Source of the DNA: Trypethelium eluteriae
Taxonomy: Eukaryota
DNA length: 20,000 nucleotides
Assembly (NCBI GenBank): GCA_051942245.1
Contig: JAVECL010000048.1
Span: forward strand, 56,018 to 76,017
Reading direction: 5' to 3'
The notes under the pieces: model-generated
Told to the model about the DNA's origin: nothing
The model's database searches: none
What the model saw: the letters and a program-made list of their open reading frames with translations, nothing else
Shown: positions 9,554 through 20,000 of the stretch, one piece after another
Layout: each line of letters begins with the position of its first letter
Numbering within the stretch: the first letter of the stretch is position 1
Translations under genes and position numbers: made by a program

Positions 9554-10303
9554 GGGGAGGCATAGGCATTGTAAAGGATAATAGGAGTCAAGGATCTATT
9601 CAGTCTGCGCGTCTCGGCTCTCAGGGTACGAGGGAGCCTGGCTTTCTTTTTTTTTTTTCCCGATTCCGTTGTGGTTTGCTGGGTTCTGACCTCTTAGATG
9701 GTCTGCTCTGCGTTTGTTTTGTCTTTTGACCTCTTGAGTTAACGGGTTCAGATAACGGGAGGTGATGAGGTGTATGATGACTGCAGCAAACGCAGGAATC
9801 CTCCTTCTCTTCGACAAAACTTGTGTTTCACTGTGCTATAACAATTATGATTTTTGTGGCTGACCCAAGCTGCACAAGAATGAGTTCTCAATCTACCTAA
9901 TGTGCCAATGTAGTCTGCCAAGCGCACAGCTGCTAATGATCCCTGAGCCATTCACGCCATTGTGCATTTTTGCGTCAGCGCTGGCGTATGTGCAGGAGCA
10001 GGGCAGCGGCAGCCGCGAACCCCACGTGTACTCTTTAACAGGCAATTTTCACACCATGTCCTTGGGCCTCTGACCAGCCACATTCGTCCCCTACGAGATA
10101 CTCTACATTCGTGGACTAGATCATAAGGCGCCGATTACGCCTCTCTCATACCTAGGTGGCCATCTGTACCTATCTCAATTTGATCCTTCGAGCTATCCCG
10201 AAGCGTAAATCGAGCCCACGATTCCGTTAAAGAACCTTTTACGTACCCCAACTTCCAGTACCTGAACCCCAGTTGGCAGTTTGAACGTTTTCCACCAAGC
10301 GCC

Positions 10304-11540
10304 ATGGCAGGCGCAAACCCCGAAATGAAACTCGACCCCAAGTACGACGACTACGATTTCCCCACCACCAGTCCTAATAAACAGAGCGGGCATCCTGGAC
10401 ATACCACTCCAGAGCAAGATGCTCAAGTGCATCAGCTGCGGACAATGCTCGAGCAGGAGGGCTACAAAGACCGACTTGATACTCTGACCATGGTAAGAGA
10501 TCCCATGACATACATCCAAGGGATGGAAGAGTCCTGCTGATGGATGTTGCCTGTCAGTTACGATTCCTGAGAGCGCGGAAATTCAACGTTCAGGCTTCGA
10601 AGCAAATGTACGTACATCTCCTGCACGCAAAGGGTTGGGAATGGCCGTTGATAATACAATACAAGGTTTGTCGACTGTGAGAAGTGGAGAAAAGAGTTTG
10701 GAGGAGGAGTCGACCAGCTGGTCCGAAACTTCGTCTACACCGAGAAGGAGAAGGTCCTCCAATACTATCCACAATACTACCACAAGACCGACAAAGTACG
10801 ATCCTTCCAGCCCCAACGTTTTGCTCTTGATCCTTAATATGAACTAGGACGGTCGACCGGTTTACATTGAGCAATTGGGCAAGATCGATCTGAATGCGAT
10901 GTACAAGATCACGACGCAAGACCGTATGCTTCAAAACTTAGTGACGGAGTACGAGAAGCTTACAGATCCCCGATTGCCGGCATGCTCCCGTAAGGCTGGC
11001 CAGCTCCTTGAGACTTGTTGCAGTATTATGGATCTCAAAGGTGTTGGAATATCAAGGGTCAGCTCTGTCTATGGCTACGTCAAGATGGCCTCTGCGATAT
11101 CGCAGAACTACTATCCAGAACGGCTCGGCAAACTCTATCTCATTAACGCGCCCTGGGGATTCTCAAGCGTCTTCAGTGTTGTCAAAGGTTTTTTGGATCC
11201 AGTCACCGTGAATAAAATCCATGTCCTCGGCTCTACTTACCAGAGTGAGTTACTCTCGCAAGTACCTAAAGAAAACTTGCCTGTGGACTTTGGAGGCACG
11301 TGTCACTGCGAGGGAGGTTGCATGCTTAGCGACGCTGGACCATGGCAAGATCCCGAGTGGGCGAAGAAGCCGAAATGGGCTACAGAGGAGGCATCAGACA
11401 AGAATGTCATCAAAGATCAACCCACGCATTCCATGACGACCACGGGCACGGAAGCAGGTGCTACGTCGACTGCAACTCAGGAAGTTGAGTCAGCGACAGC
11501 GAAGGATACAGAGAAGGCAAAGGAAGCTGTTCCGGCATAG
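10304..11540 (+). CDS. SEC14: Sec14 phosphatidylinositol/phosphatidylcholine transfer protein (CRAL-TRIO); 353 aa, 4 exons
   Basis: Exons 10304-10492, 10558-10607, 10666-10795 and 10848-11540 total 1062 nt. Motifs include [88 protein letters not shown] and SDAGPW. Confidence 0.96.
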
Positions 11541-12239
11541 AAACAGGTAGGTCGGATTAGGCGCTGGAGGGAGACTGGAAGAAATCTAGACGGGACTGAC
11601 ATGAATTTTGGTCTGAGACCACTGAAGAAAAATGTCTTGCACGAATGGTTCGGAAACGATGGGGTGTGTTTAACGAGTGCTCCTGAATCTCCACAGACTG
11701 GGGGCTCCAAATTCGAAAGAACACTGAGTTCATATCAATGCTAAATCAAATCAGCAATATGTCCAGTCCTTTTTTCCTTTGGTTACCTACTCCAAGCCTA
11801 TTTGCCGTTCTCTTGCAAAGGAAAAATTGGAGGCATGAGGACCGTAGTTGCGTTCCATTTCATATCTGCTGTTCCAAAATACGGTTTTCATTTTCTTACT
11901 TCGAAGTCCATCATGCTGAACCTCGACCACTTTGAGATGGGCGTCGCTTTGTTCCCGACCTACAACAAAGCTGAACAAGCGCGGCTTTGACAAAATCGCT
12001 CGAACAATAAACAGTGCCCTTCAATGAATTGATCTGAAGAAGCATAGTTCATGACTATGGAAGAAATCATTTCGAGTCTATATCAACCCCTTAATAGTTT
12101 GTTACAGCTGTATCGGTGTCCATTTTGCTGACCAAACAGTTCTTCGAGCATATCTCTTCACACGCTCGATAGTCGGGTGGAGGATAGTCTCCTTTCCTTC
12201 TATCTTGAGAGCGGAAAAGCTCTTGAGGTTACCTTCTGA

Positions 12240-14078
12240 ATGATATATTCTCAGGGAAGTGCGAAGATGACCAGTCCTCTTAATTTGACGTTTGGCATCG
12301 AGCTTGAGTTTGTCTTGCTGGGCAAGGCTAAAGAGGTGACTGATTATTGCCCAGAGATGGGTGAGCTCGCAGTTTACAATGCGTTACGACACTGCAGAGT
12401 CACTAATGAGGGTTCTCCCTATAGTTTATCTACCAATCCTCTCCCCGTACACGACAAGGAGGGAAATTGCTGGGAAAATGAATACAACTATTCGAAATGG
12501 ATTATCACCTCAGATTCATCAGCTTCCTTTACACAGGATCAACAAGCATTATTACCAGACGATATCCATAGAGCATGGCCTATCGAGCTTAAGTCCCGTG
12601 TCTTCGAATTCCATACTGAGCAAAACTGGAGAGCAGAAATCGCGAGTGTCCTCCGTACACTTCATCATCACTTCAACCAGCCCGGGTCCACGTTCCGTAT
12701 CCTCGTTCCCGCAACTTGTGGGTTCCATGTCCATATAGGCAATCGAAGGGACTCCTTCCCTCTCGGGACTGTCCAACATCTCCTGCAACTAGTCACGGCC
12801 CATGAACGTTGCTTCGATACTCTCCATTCTGTCCATAGAATCTATGACGGCATGTGGGAAGAGTACGGTGGGGGAGAGCCGAGCACGGCTTGCTGCATGC
12901 CGCCTTCTGATGGATTTCTGACGCAGGCTGCGTGTTTAGCTTTCAGTGACGACTATGAGCAGCGATACACTGATACAAAAGCTAATAATGAGAACAAGCA
13001 TTACTGGCCGGACGAAGACAAGAAGGACATTGACAACTGTTCTGATTATACTGCAAGTAGCTGGGGGACTTGTGGCAGCTGGGAGGCTAGTAATGCTGAT
13101 CCGAACTTGGAATCCTGCCCTGACGAATCTACTCAGGAACTAAACCGCTGGGACGGAGAAGATGGAGCAGGTATAATGGACTCTTGCGCGGTGGACTCTG
13201 CCTACACAGCTTGCCCTGGTCTAGGTGAAGATGGAGTGGAGCGCGCTCCCAGCAAGCAGGTAGGCACACAAGAAAATGTCGATGTCGACCTTGAGGAGTT
13301 CCCTCGCGACGAGGACCCCATTGCAACAGAAAGACAACCTCTGCTACTCAACGAGGAGCTGGACCGTCTCAAACGGAGTATCTCGCCAACGGCTTGGATT
13401 GTTCTCATCCAGAGCGCCCGGACACTCACAGAGCTCGGCAATGTCACAGGTGCCCGGAACCACTGCGCTGCATACAGCATAGATAACTTGCTTGAACGAC
13501 ACGGGTTTCCCCCATCAGCTACCTGCAGTTCCCCGGTACAAATGCGGCCGGATACCATAAGCTCGTTGGATGAGTACGACCTAGGCTCCGACGAGCCCAA
13601 GCTCACGATCGAATTTCGACAGCACGATGGCAGTCTCGATGAGCGCGAGATCAAGGCCTGGATCGAAGTGGTCGCCTTCTTGACCGAATGGGCACATTAT
13701 GCGGACATCGAGCAGCTGAGCCGGGTGCTCAGTGCGGCGCAGATGATGGATCAGAAACTCGATGTTCTAAATCTGTTGAGGCAATTGGAAGGATTCTGGG
13801 GTCCTGGAGGCTGCAGGAATCTACCCAATTGGGTATTTGGGTATTACCGCCAAAGGAGGGCTTCTGCTACCATTGAGAGGGAATTTGAACAAGCCATATC
13901 GCGGATTGACCCCAGTTCTCCTTTTTACAATGTTGTGCGGAGGACTGAAGAGAGTCGACGAGAGCTGCGGCTTTACGCGTCTATTCTGAAAAAGATTGAA
14001 AATAAGATGGAAATCGGCCGATATGGCGATTTACTTAACTTAGATATTACAGTACGCGAACTTTGGAAAAAAGGATAG
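12240..14078 (+). CDS. Putative amidoligase enzyme (Amidoligase_2-type COOH-NH2 ligase, glutamine synthetase/GCS-like fold)
   Basis: Intronless 612-aa ORF with the ordered motifs LTFGIELEF, W..TSDSS, IELKSRVF, TCGFHVHIG, YSIDNL and TIEFRQHDGSLD....AWI. The ATG at 12267 (aagATG) has better context than 12240 and may be the true start. Confidence 0.82.
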   Translation: MIYSQGSAKMTSPLNLTFGIELEFVLLGKAKEVTDYCPEMGELAVYNALRHCRVTNEGSPYSLSTNPLPVHDKEGNCWENEYNYSKWIITSDSSASFTQDQQALLPDDIHRAWPIELKSRVFEFHTEQNWRAEIASVLRTLHHHFNQPGSTFRILVPATCGFHVHIGNRRDSFPLGTVQHLLQLVTAHERCFDTLHSVHRIYDGMWEEYGGGEPSTACCMPPSDGFLTQAACLAFSDDYEQRYTDTKANNENKHYWPDEDKKDIDNCSDYTASSWGTCGSWEASNADPNLESCPDESTQELNRWDGEDGAGIMDSCAVDSAYTACPGLGEDGVERAPSKQVGTQENVDVDLEEFPRDEDPIATERQPLLLNEELDRLKRSISPTAWIVLIQSARTLTELGNVTGARNHCAAYSIDNLLERHGFPPSATCSSPVQMRPDTISSLDEYDLGSDEPKLTIEFRQHDGSLDEREIKAWIEVVAFLTEWAHYADIEQLSRVLSAAQMMDQKLDVLNLLRQLEGFWGPGGCRNLPNWVFGYYRQRRASATIEREFEQAISRIDPSSPFYNVVRRTEESRRELRLYASILKKIENKMEIGRYGDLLNLDITVRELWKKG

Positions 14079-15634
14079 TCTACGCCAAGCGTACGGTATG
14101 GATAGGGGGTTGTAGACTTCTATAGACTTGCAATCTTTTTGGCTAGGTGCCTCCCGGGCTATACGTAGTATAAACTGGATTGTCTAATCTACAAGTAGCT
14201 CTGGCAGTTCAATCATTCCTTCATTCCTCTCTCCATTCGATTCTTTGTAATCTTTGTCGGAAGTATTCGTTTTCGAGATTTCCGTTGAGTGAGCCCCAAA
14301 CCTGTAGAGGTAGGAGCATTGGTCATCCATGATATTCGCAAGCCTCTAGGTATACCATGGAGAGTATGAGAGATCTTGTCCCTGGTGTATTCTGCCGCTG
14401 TCGAAAATGCACCCATGTAATTCACCCATTCTCCTGCCTGATACATAGTTGCAGTCTTCAGTGGAGTTGCAGCAAATTGTTCGGAGTGCTCACAACAGGC
14501 TCCTGGAAATAGGACCGCAATTATCGAGTCTTCAACCCTCATAGTACTTTGCTTCTGATGGCATTATTACTTGCGGCTCTCCCCCACTTGTTGCTGTCCA
14601 CGAGTTTCAAGAGACCCAAATTCGGAGTTCACTGGATCTGAATCGAAGAATTACCAAAAGCCCATTTGGCACTGAGCTTGGTGACGGGTGGACGGTCGTC
14701 TGGCAACGCAGCACTGGTACTGAGACACCGGAAACTGGGTGAATCAGACAAATACCCAGTAGAATAGACCACTATAGTTGACTTCTCCAAACGGCACAGG
14801 CAGCTATGTTGAAGATATGCGTGTCCGAGCGTCGGGCTGTAGGTGACACCGTGCGAAGATTGCCTTACACTTTGGGCCAAATCTTGTTTTCCATGGATTA
14901 ATCCGTGGTCTTCTTTGTATTTCTAATCGATCCAATCCCTGGTTGGATTTAAAAGCTAACTGTTCAACACTTCTTACTCAGGTTGGAGGATTCGAATCAC
15001 CAGGGGCAAAAATATTGGCGAGCCATTAATTAGCTAAATGCTCAGTACATATTGGCCCATTAATTCTGACATTCCCTTTCATCAAGATATGTGGTGACTT
15101 GCACAGGCGGATTCGGCTCACTAGGAGTGCCAGGCTGACGCTGATCCAGAAGCGTCGGTCACAGTTCCGGCTGGTGTTACCTTGTTGGGCTAGAACCTCA
15201 GATTAGTACCTGAGTACTTGGGTACAAGAGTACAAACTTGCACAATTTGAACAACACCATCATGACACGACCTCAAAGCGTCATTACGGCGCCAACTAAG
15301 TCCTCCGCCCCGCCATATTCGTTTGGCTTTGCCCTGCCAGCTTTGAATACAATTATTCCAGCGTCAGATATAACCACTCTGTCCTATTCCTCGGCATACG
15401 TGGATCACTCCAAGTGGCCTCCCTCGCCTCAACCGCGGCTTCTGCTTCGAGCCTTGTATGGTGAAGGTTCATTGCTTTAAGTCCGTCCAGTGTCTGGGCC
15501 TAAGAAGTGACTAGACCCACGTAAGAAATAGCAGCTATCGAAGAGTCAACTTGTACCTATTCCGGACATAGGTTTGGGCGGGTCGACATCAGCGCGGGTT
15601 TCAAGTTCACGACCATTCACTAGCTGAGACAACC

Positions 15635-16650
15635 ATGGCAACCTTTGCACACTGCGCGTACTGTTTTGAAAGTTTGTCAGCCAGTCTCGAACGCCGACAA
15701 CCGCTAGGCTTATCGAATGTCGAGGCACTATGGGACAAATACAATTCCGTGCCTGAAAATGATGAGGATAGTCGAATAGACAGTGAGGAAGCTAGCCTGC
15801 AAATGCAAGATGAGGATGGCGATTTGGAAATGGAAGATCGATCAGTAGAATTGGGACCTCCAAGACCAGCAGCAATAAGCCGTCTCCTTGCTCCGAGTCC
15901 AAGCTCTGCTCCGTCTACACCGTCATCACGATCTACTACTTCATCGCGCACCGAAACTTCCTCTGCGAGCTCCAAAAACTCCTCAAGAACCTCGATATTC
16001 TCCTTTGGGAGGCGATCAAATAGACACGCTAACCACACCGTGTCTTCTATTGAAAGCTTTCCCTTATTCGTTACGTGGAATGCGGTCAGCAGAAGTGGGA
16101 ACAAGTCATTGCGAGGATGCATAGGAACATTTGAGGAACAGGACCTAGGCAAAGGGCTCGCTAGCTACGCGCTGACATCGTAAGTGAACTACATTTATAG
16201 TCAGGCTCAACTCCTGTTGAGAGCTTCCGCTAACCAAATACACATGACAGTGCTTTTGAGGATACCCGGTTCCTCCCGATCACCCTTCGCGAACTGCCTG
16301 CCCTTGAATGCGGCGTCACACTACTCACCAACTTTGAGTCCGTATCCGATCCTATGTCGTGGGACATTGGCAAGCATGGCCTTCGCATATCGTTCAATTA
16401 TCACGGGCGTCGCTACGGTGCTACGTACCTCCCAGATGTTGCTAAGGAACAGGGATGGACAAAGGAGGAGACGATGGTGAGTCTCATGCGGAAAGCTGGA
16501 TGGACAGGCCGCAAGGACGACTGGACAAAGGTCGATGGCTTGCAGGTGATTCGGTATCAAGGGAAGAAGGAGCAATTAGGCTATCAAGAATGGAGGGATT
16601 GGAGAGATTGGGTCGAGGAACAAGGGTTTGGGCCCTCACTTTTGAATTGA
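15635..16650 (+). CDS. AMMECR1-family protein; 314 aa, 2 exons
   Basis: Exons 15635-16179 and 16251-16650 total 945 nt, separated by an intron GTAAGT..GCTAAC..CAG. Motifs include HCAYCFESL, FPLFVTW, the signature LRGCIGTF, SAFEDTRF, GKHGLRISF and ATYLPDVAKEQGW...SLMRKAG. Confidence 0.94.
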
Positions 16651-17052
16651 AGTTGGTGAGCTGAACCCCATGATATACGCTCCGTCACTGCAGTACCTGT
16701 TGGTTCACGGAAAAACTCCTTTGGTATTTTGTGAAGGAGGGGCATTTAGAGCGGGCGTATGATAGAGGGTTAGTTTCAGGTCCGCAATCACGCGCCGATA
16801 TCTCGTCTTGTCATCAAAGCTATGGATAAATATCAACTCAAATCCAAGCATCGGAATTCAAAATCCCATGTATATAGATAAGCCTCCAATGCCCATGAAA
16901 CATGGAAAGATGACTGGCAAGTGTTAGTAATTGCTGGTTGCTAGGGCGATGGCTTCAACTTCCCAATCGAGTTAAACATCAACAATGATGTCTCCAACAG
17001 AGCACTCTGAACAATCATTCATATCGCAACCCTCTTTTTTCAAATATTACGC

Positions 17053-20000
17053 ATGCTTCGACAGGAAAAGAAAAACATGGATCGCAGGCAATCACTCTGG
17101 AGTGCGCAACCTCGAAGACAGCGCACGAATAAGTTGATCGATATTTTTGAGGACGAGAGAGAACAGCGCAACAATGCGATGGAGGAAACAAAATTAAGAA
17201 CAAATGCATCGATAAAAGACTATATTGGTGATACTGCCAGCAGTAAAAATCCCATACATCCGGCAAATCTTTGCCAAAAACCTCGGCGATCTTTCATATT
17301 AGGTCACAATCCCCCACGCGTTCGAGACGAACGAACACAAACGATTGATTTCGGCGCAACAGAAAAGCAGAGCACATCAGGAGTCAAGAAACCGCCACGA
17401 CGTCGGACTATATATATCCCTTCCGAAGACACTTCAATATTGACAATTCACCCCGGCGCGCCATCTCATAAGCGTATACATGGGGCTTCCTCGACCCATA
17501 ACACGGTTCTATTCGCGCTCGCGGAGGGCCAAGAGGAGCAAAAGGCGTTACCAAGCCGAGCCGCACCACGGCGACAGGAATCCCCTCGACAGTCGCTTGC
17601 TCTAGCTCCCCGACGGGTTCCACTGCAAAGCGCGCGAAACTCACTGGAGTCAAAATCTGTCTGTGTTGACATCGCAGGAGAGAAGACTGGCAAAGAAAAC
17701 GTGCCACCAAGTCAGCCGAAACTTTTCGAGGATGTGATCAAGATTCCAGATGATAAGGAAGATCTAGTCCCTGAGGTTGTAGAAGCAATAAAAGATGACC
17801 GCCACACGTCTATCACCGCGAACCCGAGACGAGTGTCGATCGCACCTCGGGACTTGGTAAACGAGGACTCGAGAAAACGTACAAGTTCTAGGACTCCTCT
17901 CGAAAATTCGAGGTCGCACCGACTAAAGAGCCAGGCTCAGATACCAAGAACCGGAGGGGAAATGTTTGGCGACGTCGATGGAGGAGGAAGGCTCGTTGAT
18001 AGGACGCCATTGTTCAGCTCCCGCGTGTCAGGGAGGCCCCCTCCTCGATGTCATCGCAGCTCGAACTTTCCTACAAAAGCTGATCTATCGGAGTCGGTGG
18101 GAAAGAAAACTCACCAGCCAGCGCGCCTGTACCCAGTCCTCTCTGAGGAAATCAAGCGACCAGAGCTCTATGAAGACCAGTGGCTACATCATCAGGAGAT
18201 CGCGATATCAGAAGTCATCAACGGAATATTCGATACTTGTCAAGGCAATGTACGACCAGAAACGCCCACGGAAGTATCCAGAAGGAAAGGATTTCTGAGC
18301 CTATACTCCGATTCTAGCATTTCCCTCCTCCACAAGCGCCTACAAGCATCCCTGCTGTATGGAGCTCTAAGTGTTTCGAAAGAGGCGATGTCGAAAGCCG
18401 GGCGTATCAAGGATGACGTTGGACTTAAACGCAAGTTTCTCAATGTATGGCTCGATACGTACGATCTCAAGACGTTGAAAGCAGCTGCCGAAGTTGTGAT
18501 TGGGCGAGAGGCTCCGAGTCTTTCAGGTTCCTCTTCTTCCCCAGGAAAGCAAGCGGATCGAAAACTTATTGAAGGCTTCTTGGATACATGTCTTTTGAGG
18601 AATCATGACGTATCAAGGTCTGAGTGTGTGCCATCGATTGGAGAAAATGATTTCGGTTCGGTTGCCTGGTCTTGGAGACGAACCGTGATGCGAAGTCTCC
18701 TGCTTATCCTGCTCTTAGACAAGGCTAAGTGTTCGGGCGCAATGACTGATTGCTTATTCAAGAAATCTTCGGAACAAAAAACCTCAGCGGCGGTGCTCAA
18801 GTCTGTAGCAAACTTGATCCTTCCTTCGTTGGGTGATGTATCTCGGACACTTGCGCATTTGGATTTTCAAGTTCACCACGAACAGTATCTCTTACAAGAG
18901 CTCGAGTATCGGATCAAAAATCTAGCAGTGGATTTGAGAGACGGGCTCATCCTGACACGTTTGGCGGAACTGCTGCTTTATCCTTCTGGCGATTTGCCGA
19001 TGCAGAGCGATGGAACTATCACGCTTGCTCTTCCAACAGGCGACCTCTTGACAAGCATAGCTTCATCTGCTTCAAGTCCCGAGCCTTCCTTGGTTCTTTC
19101 ACAGCATCTGAAGTACCCATGTATAAGTCGAGCGCAGAAACTTTTCAATGTTCAGATCGCTATCTCGGCTCTAAGTACTGTCAAGAGCATGCCAGAGCAG
19201 ACTCTGCAAGACATCAAAGCAGAAGATATCGTTGACGGCCACCGAGAAAAGACACTTCGCTTACTTTGGATTCTTGTCGGTCGATGGGGTCTCGAATCTC
19301 TGGTCGACTGGAACGCAATGCATGACGAACTACGCCATCTCCGTACTCGCTGGCAGCAGACCCACCCAGGAGTCGAAGAAGACTGGGACTCCGACAGCGA
19401 CAGTGACTCCTCCGACACAAACACTCGCCCCCGACACAAAGCCCTCCTCAAAGCCTGGGTCGCCTCCATCGGCCGTCTCCACAACATCCCCATCAACAAC
19501 CTCTCCACCAGCTTCTCCGACGACCGTGCCTTCGCCGTCATCGTAAACGAATACTGGCACTTCTTCCCTAACAACAACAGCAGTTCCACCAGCACCGCCA
19601 TCACCGCCAAAGCATCGTCCCCCTCCGTCCACAAGAAACTCCGTCTCCTAGGCTGCAGCGCCGCCTTCGTCGACCTCATCCCCAAATCCGCGCCCGCCTC
19701 CGCCTCCGCATCCTCTTCCAACACGAGAACAGCACCAACGCGCATTCTCACCTCCGCCACCACCCTCCCAACCCTCGCCTTCCTCGCCTCCCGCCTTCTT
19801 CCCCTCGCGCGCACCCACCGCGCAGCGTGCACCCTCCAGCGCGTCTACCGTTTGCACCTCGCTCGCCTGACGCTCTCGAGGCGGCTGGTTAGCGTGCGGT
19901 TGGCGCATCACTGTGCGGCGATTGTGCAGATGCGGGAGCGGGTTGTTCGAGCAGCTGTAGTGCTGCAGAGAGCGTGGAGGGTGGTATTGAGGGGGAGGGT
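17053..20000 (+). CDS. ASPM/abnormal spindle-like (Sha1-type) calponin-homology and IQ calmodulin-binding protein; 3' end beyond the window
   Basis: A frame +1 ORF follows the TGA at 17008-17010; its first ATG is at 17053 and no stop was seen in the stretches translated up to the window end. It reads RRRTIYIPSEDTSILTIHPG, GKENVPP (KEN box at 17692-17700), YPVLSEEIKRPELYEDQWL, LHKRLQASLLYGAL and WRRTVMRSLLLILLLDKAK. CH-domain motifs are NLAVDLRDGLILTRLAELL, DIVDGHREKTLRLLW and NNLSTSFSDDRAF; IQ-like motifs are AACTLQRVYR and AAVVLQRAWR. The true start is uncertain. Confidence 0.87.
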   Translation, partial: MLRQEKKNMDRRQSLWSAQPRRQRTNKLIDIFEDEREQRNNAMEETKLRTNASIKDYIGDTASSKNPIHPANLCQKPRRSFILGHNPPRVRDERTQTIDFGATEKQSTSGVKKPPRRRTIYIPSEDTSILTIHPGAPSHKRIHGASSTHNTVLFALAEGQEEQKALPSRAAPRRQESPRQSLALAPRRVPLQSARNSLESKSVCVDIAGEKTGKENVPPSQPKLFEDVIKIPDDKEDLVPEVVEAIKDDRHTSITANPRRVSIAPRDLVNEDSRKRTSSRTPLENSRSHRLKSQAQIPRTGGEMFGDVDGGGRLVDRTPLFSSRVSGRPPPRCHRSSNFPTKADLSESVGKKTHQPARLYPVLSEEIKRPELYEDQWLHHQEIAISEVINGIFDTCQGNVRPETPTEVSRRKGFLSLYSDSSISLLHKRLQASLLYGALSVSKEAMSKAGRIKDDVGLKRKFLNVWLDTYDLKTLKAAAEVVIGREAPSLSGSSSSPGKQADRKLIEGFLDTCLLRNHDVSRSECVPSIGENDFGSVAWSWRRTVMRSLLLILLLDKAKCSGAMTDCLFKKSSEQKTSAAVLKSVANLILPSLGDVSRTLAHLDFQVHHEQYLLQELEYRIKNLAVDLRDGLILTRLAELLLYPSGDLPMQSDGTITLALPTGDLLTSIASSASSPEPSLVLSQHLKYPCISRAQKLFNVQIAISALSTVKSMPEQTLQDIKAEDIVDGHREKTLRLLWILVGRWGLESLVDWNAMHDELRHLRTRWQQTHPGVEEDWDSDSDSDSSDTNTRPRHKALLKAWVASIGRLHNIPINNLSTSFSDDRAFAVIVNEYWHFFPNNNSSSTSTAITAKASSPSVHKKLRLLGCSAAFVDLIPKSAPASASASSSNTRTAPTRILTSATTLPTLAFLASRLLPLARTHRAACTLQRVYRLHLARLTLSRRLVSVRLAHHCAAIVQMRERVVRAAVVLQRAWRVVLRGR

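Noticed and set aside
9643..9658. Poly-T tract after CCR4
   Set aside because: An ordinary homopolymer in a 3' UTR or intergenic region, with no retroelement hallmarks.
19152..19832. 226-aa antisense ORF and other ORFs overlapping the ASPM-like gene (also 13202-13654, 15607-16152, 721-1107 in other genes)
   Set aside because: These are shadow ORFs caused by codon bias of well-supported genes on the opposite strand or in another frame.

Overview
Gene-dense eukaryotic DNA from a filamentous ascomycete (Pezizomycotina), judged from short GT-AG introns with CTRAY-type branch points and the gene families present. Nine protein-coding genes can be supported: an acrB-like ubiquitination-network protein (-, runs off the left edge), a HotDog-fold thioesterase (-), a LYR-motif ETFRF1/LYRM5-like protein (+), a class I SAM-dependent methyltransferase (-), the CCR4 deadenylase (+), SEC14 (+), an intronless putative amidoligase (+), an AMMECR1-family protein (+) and an ASPM/Asp-like CH-domain/IQ protein (+, runs off the right edge, so absent from the ORF track). 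There is also a weak candidate orphan gene at 2313-2827. No tRNA, rRNA, transposon or CRISPR signal was seen. The most striking observation is in the thioesterase gene. Its catalytic motif (D-S-M-G-H-V-N-N) can only be assembled in frame from a 9-nt microexon plus a predicted single-nucleotide exon (G at 3873), and skipping that base gives an immediate stop. All family assignments come from motif recognition by eye, not database searches.
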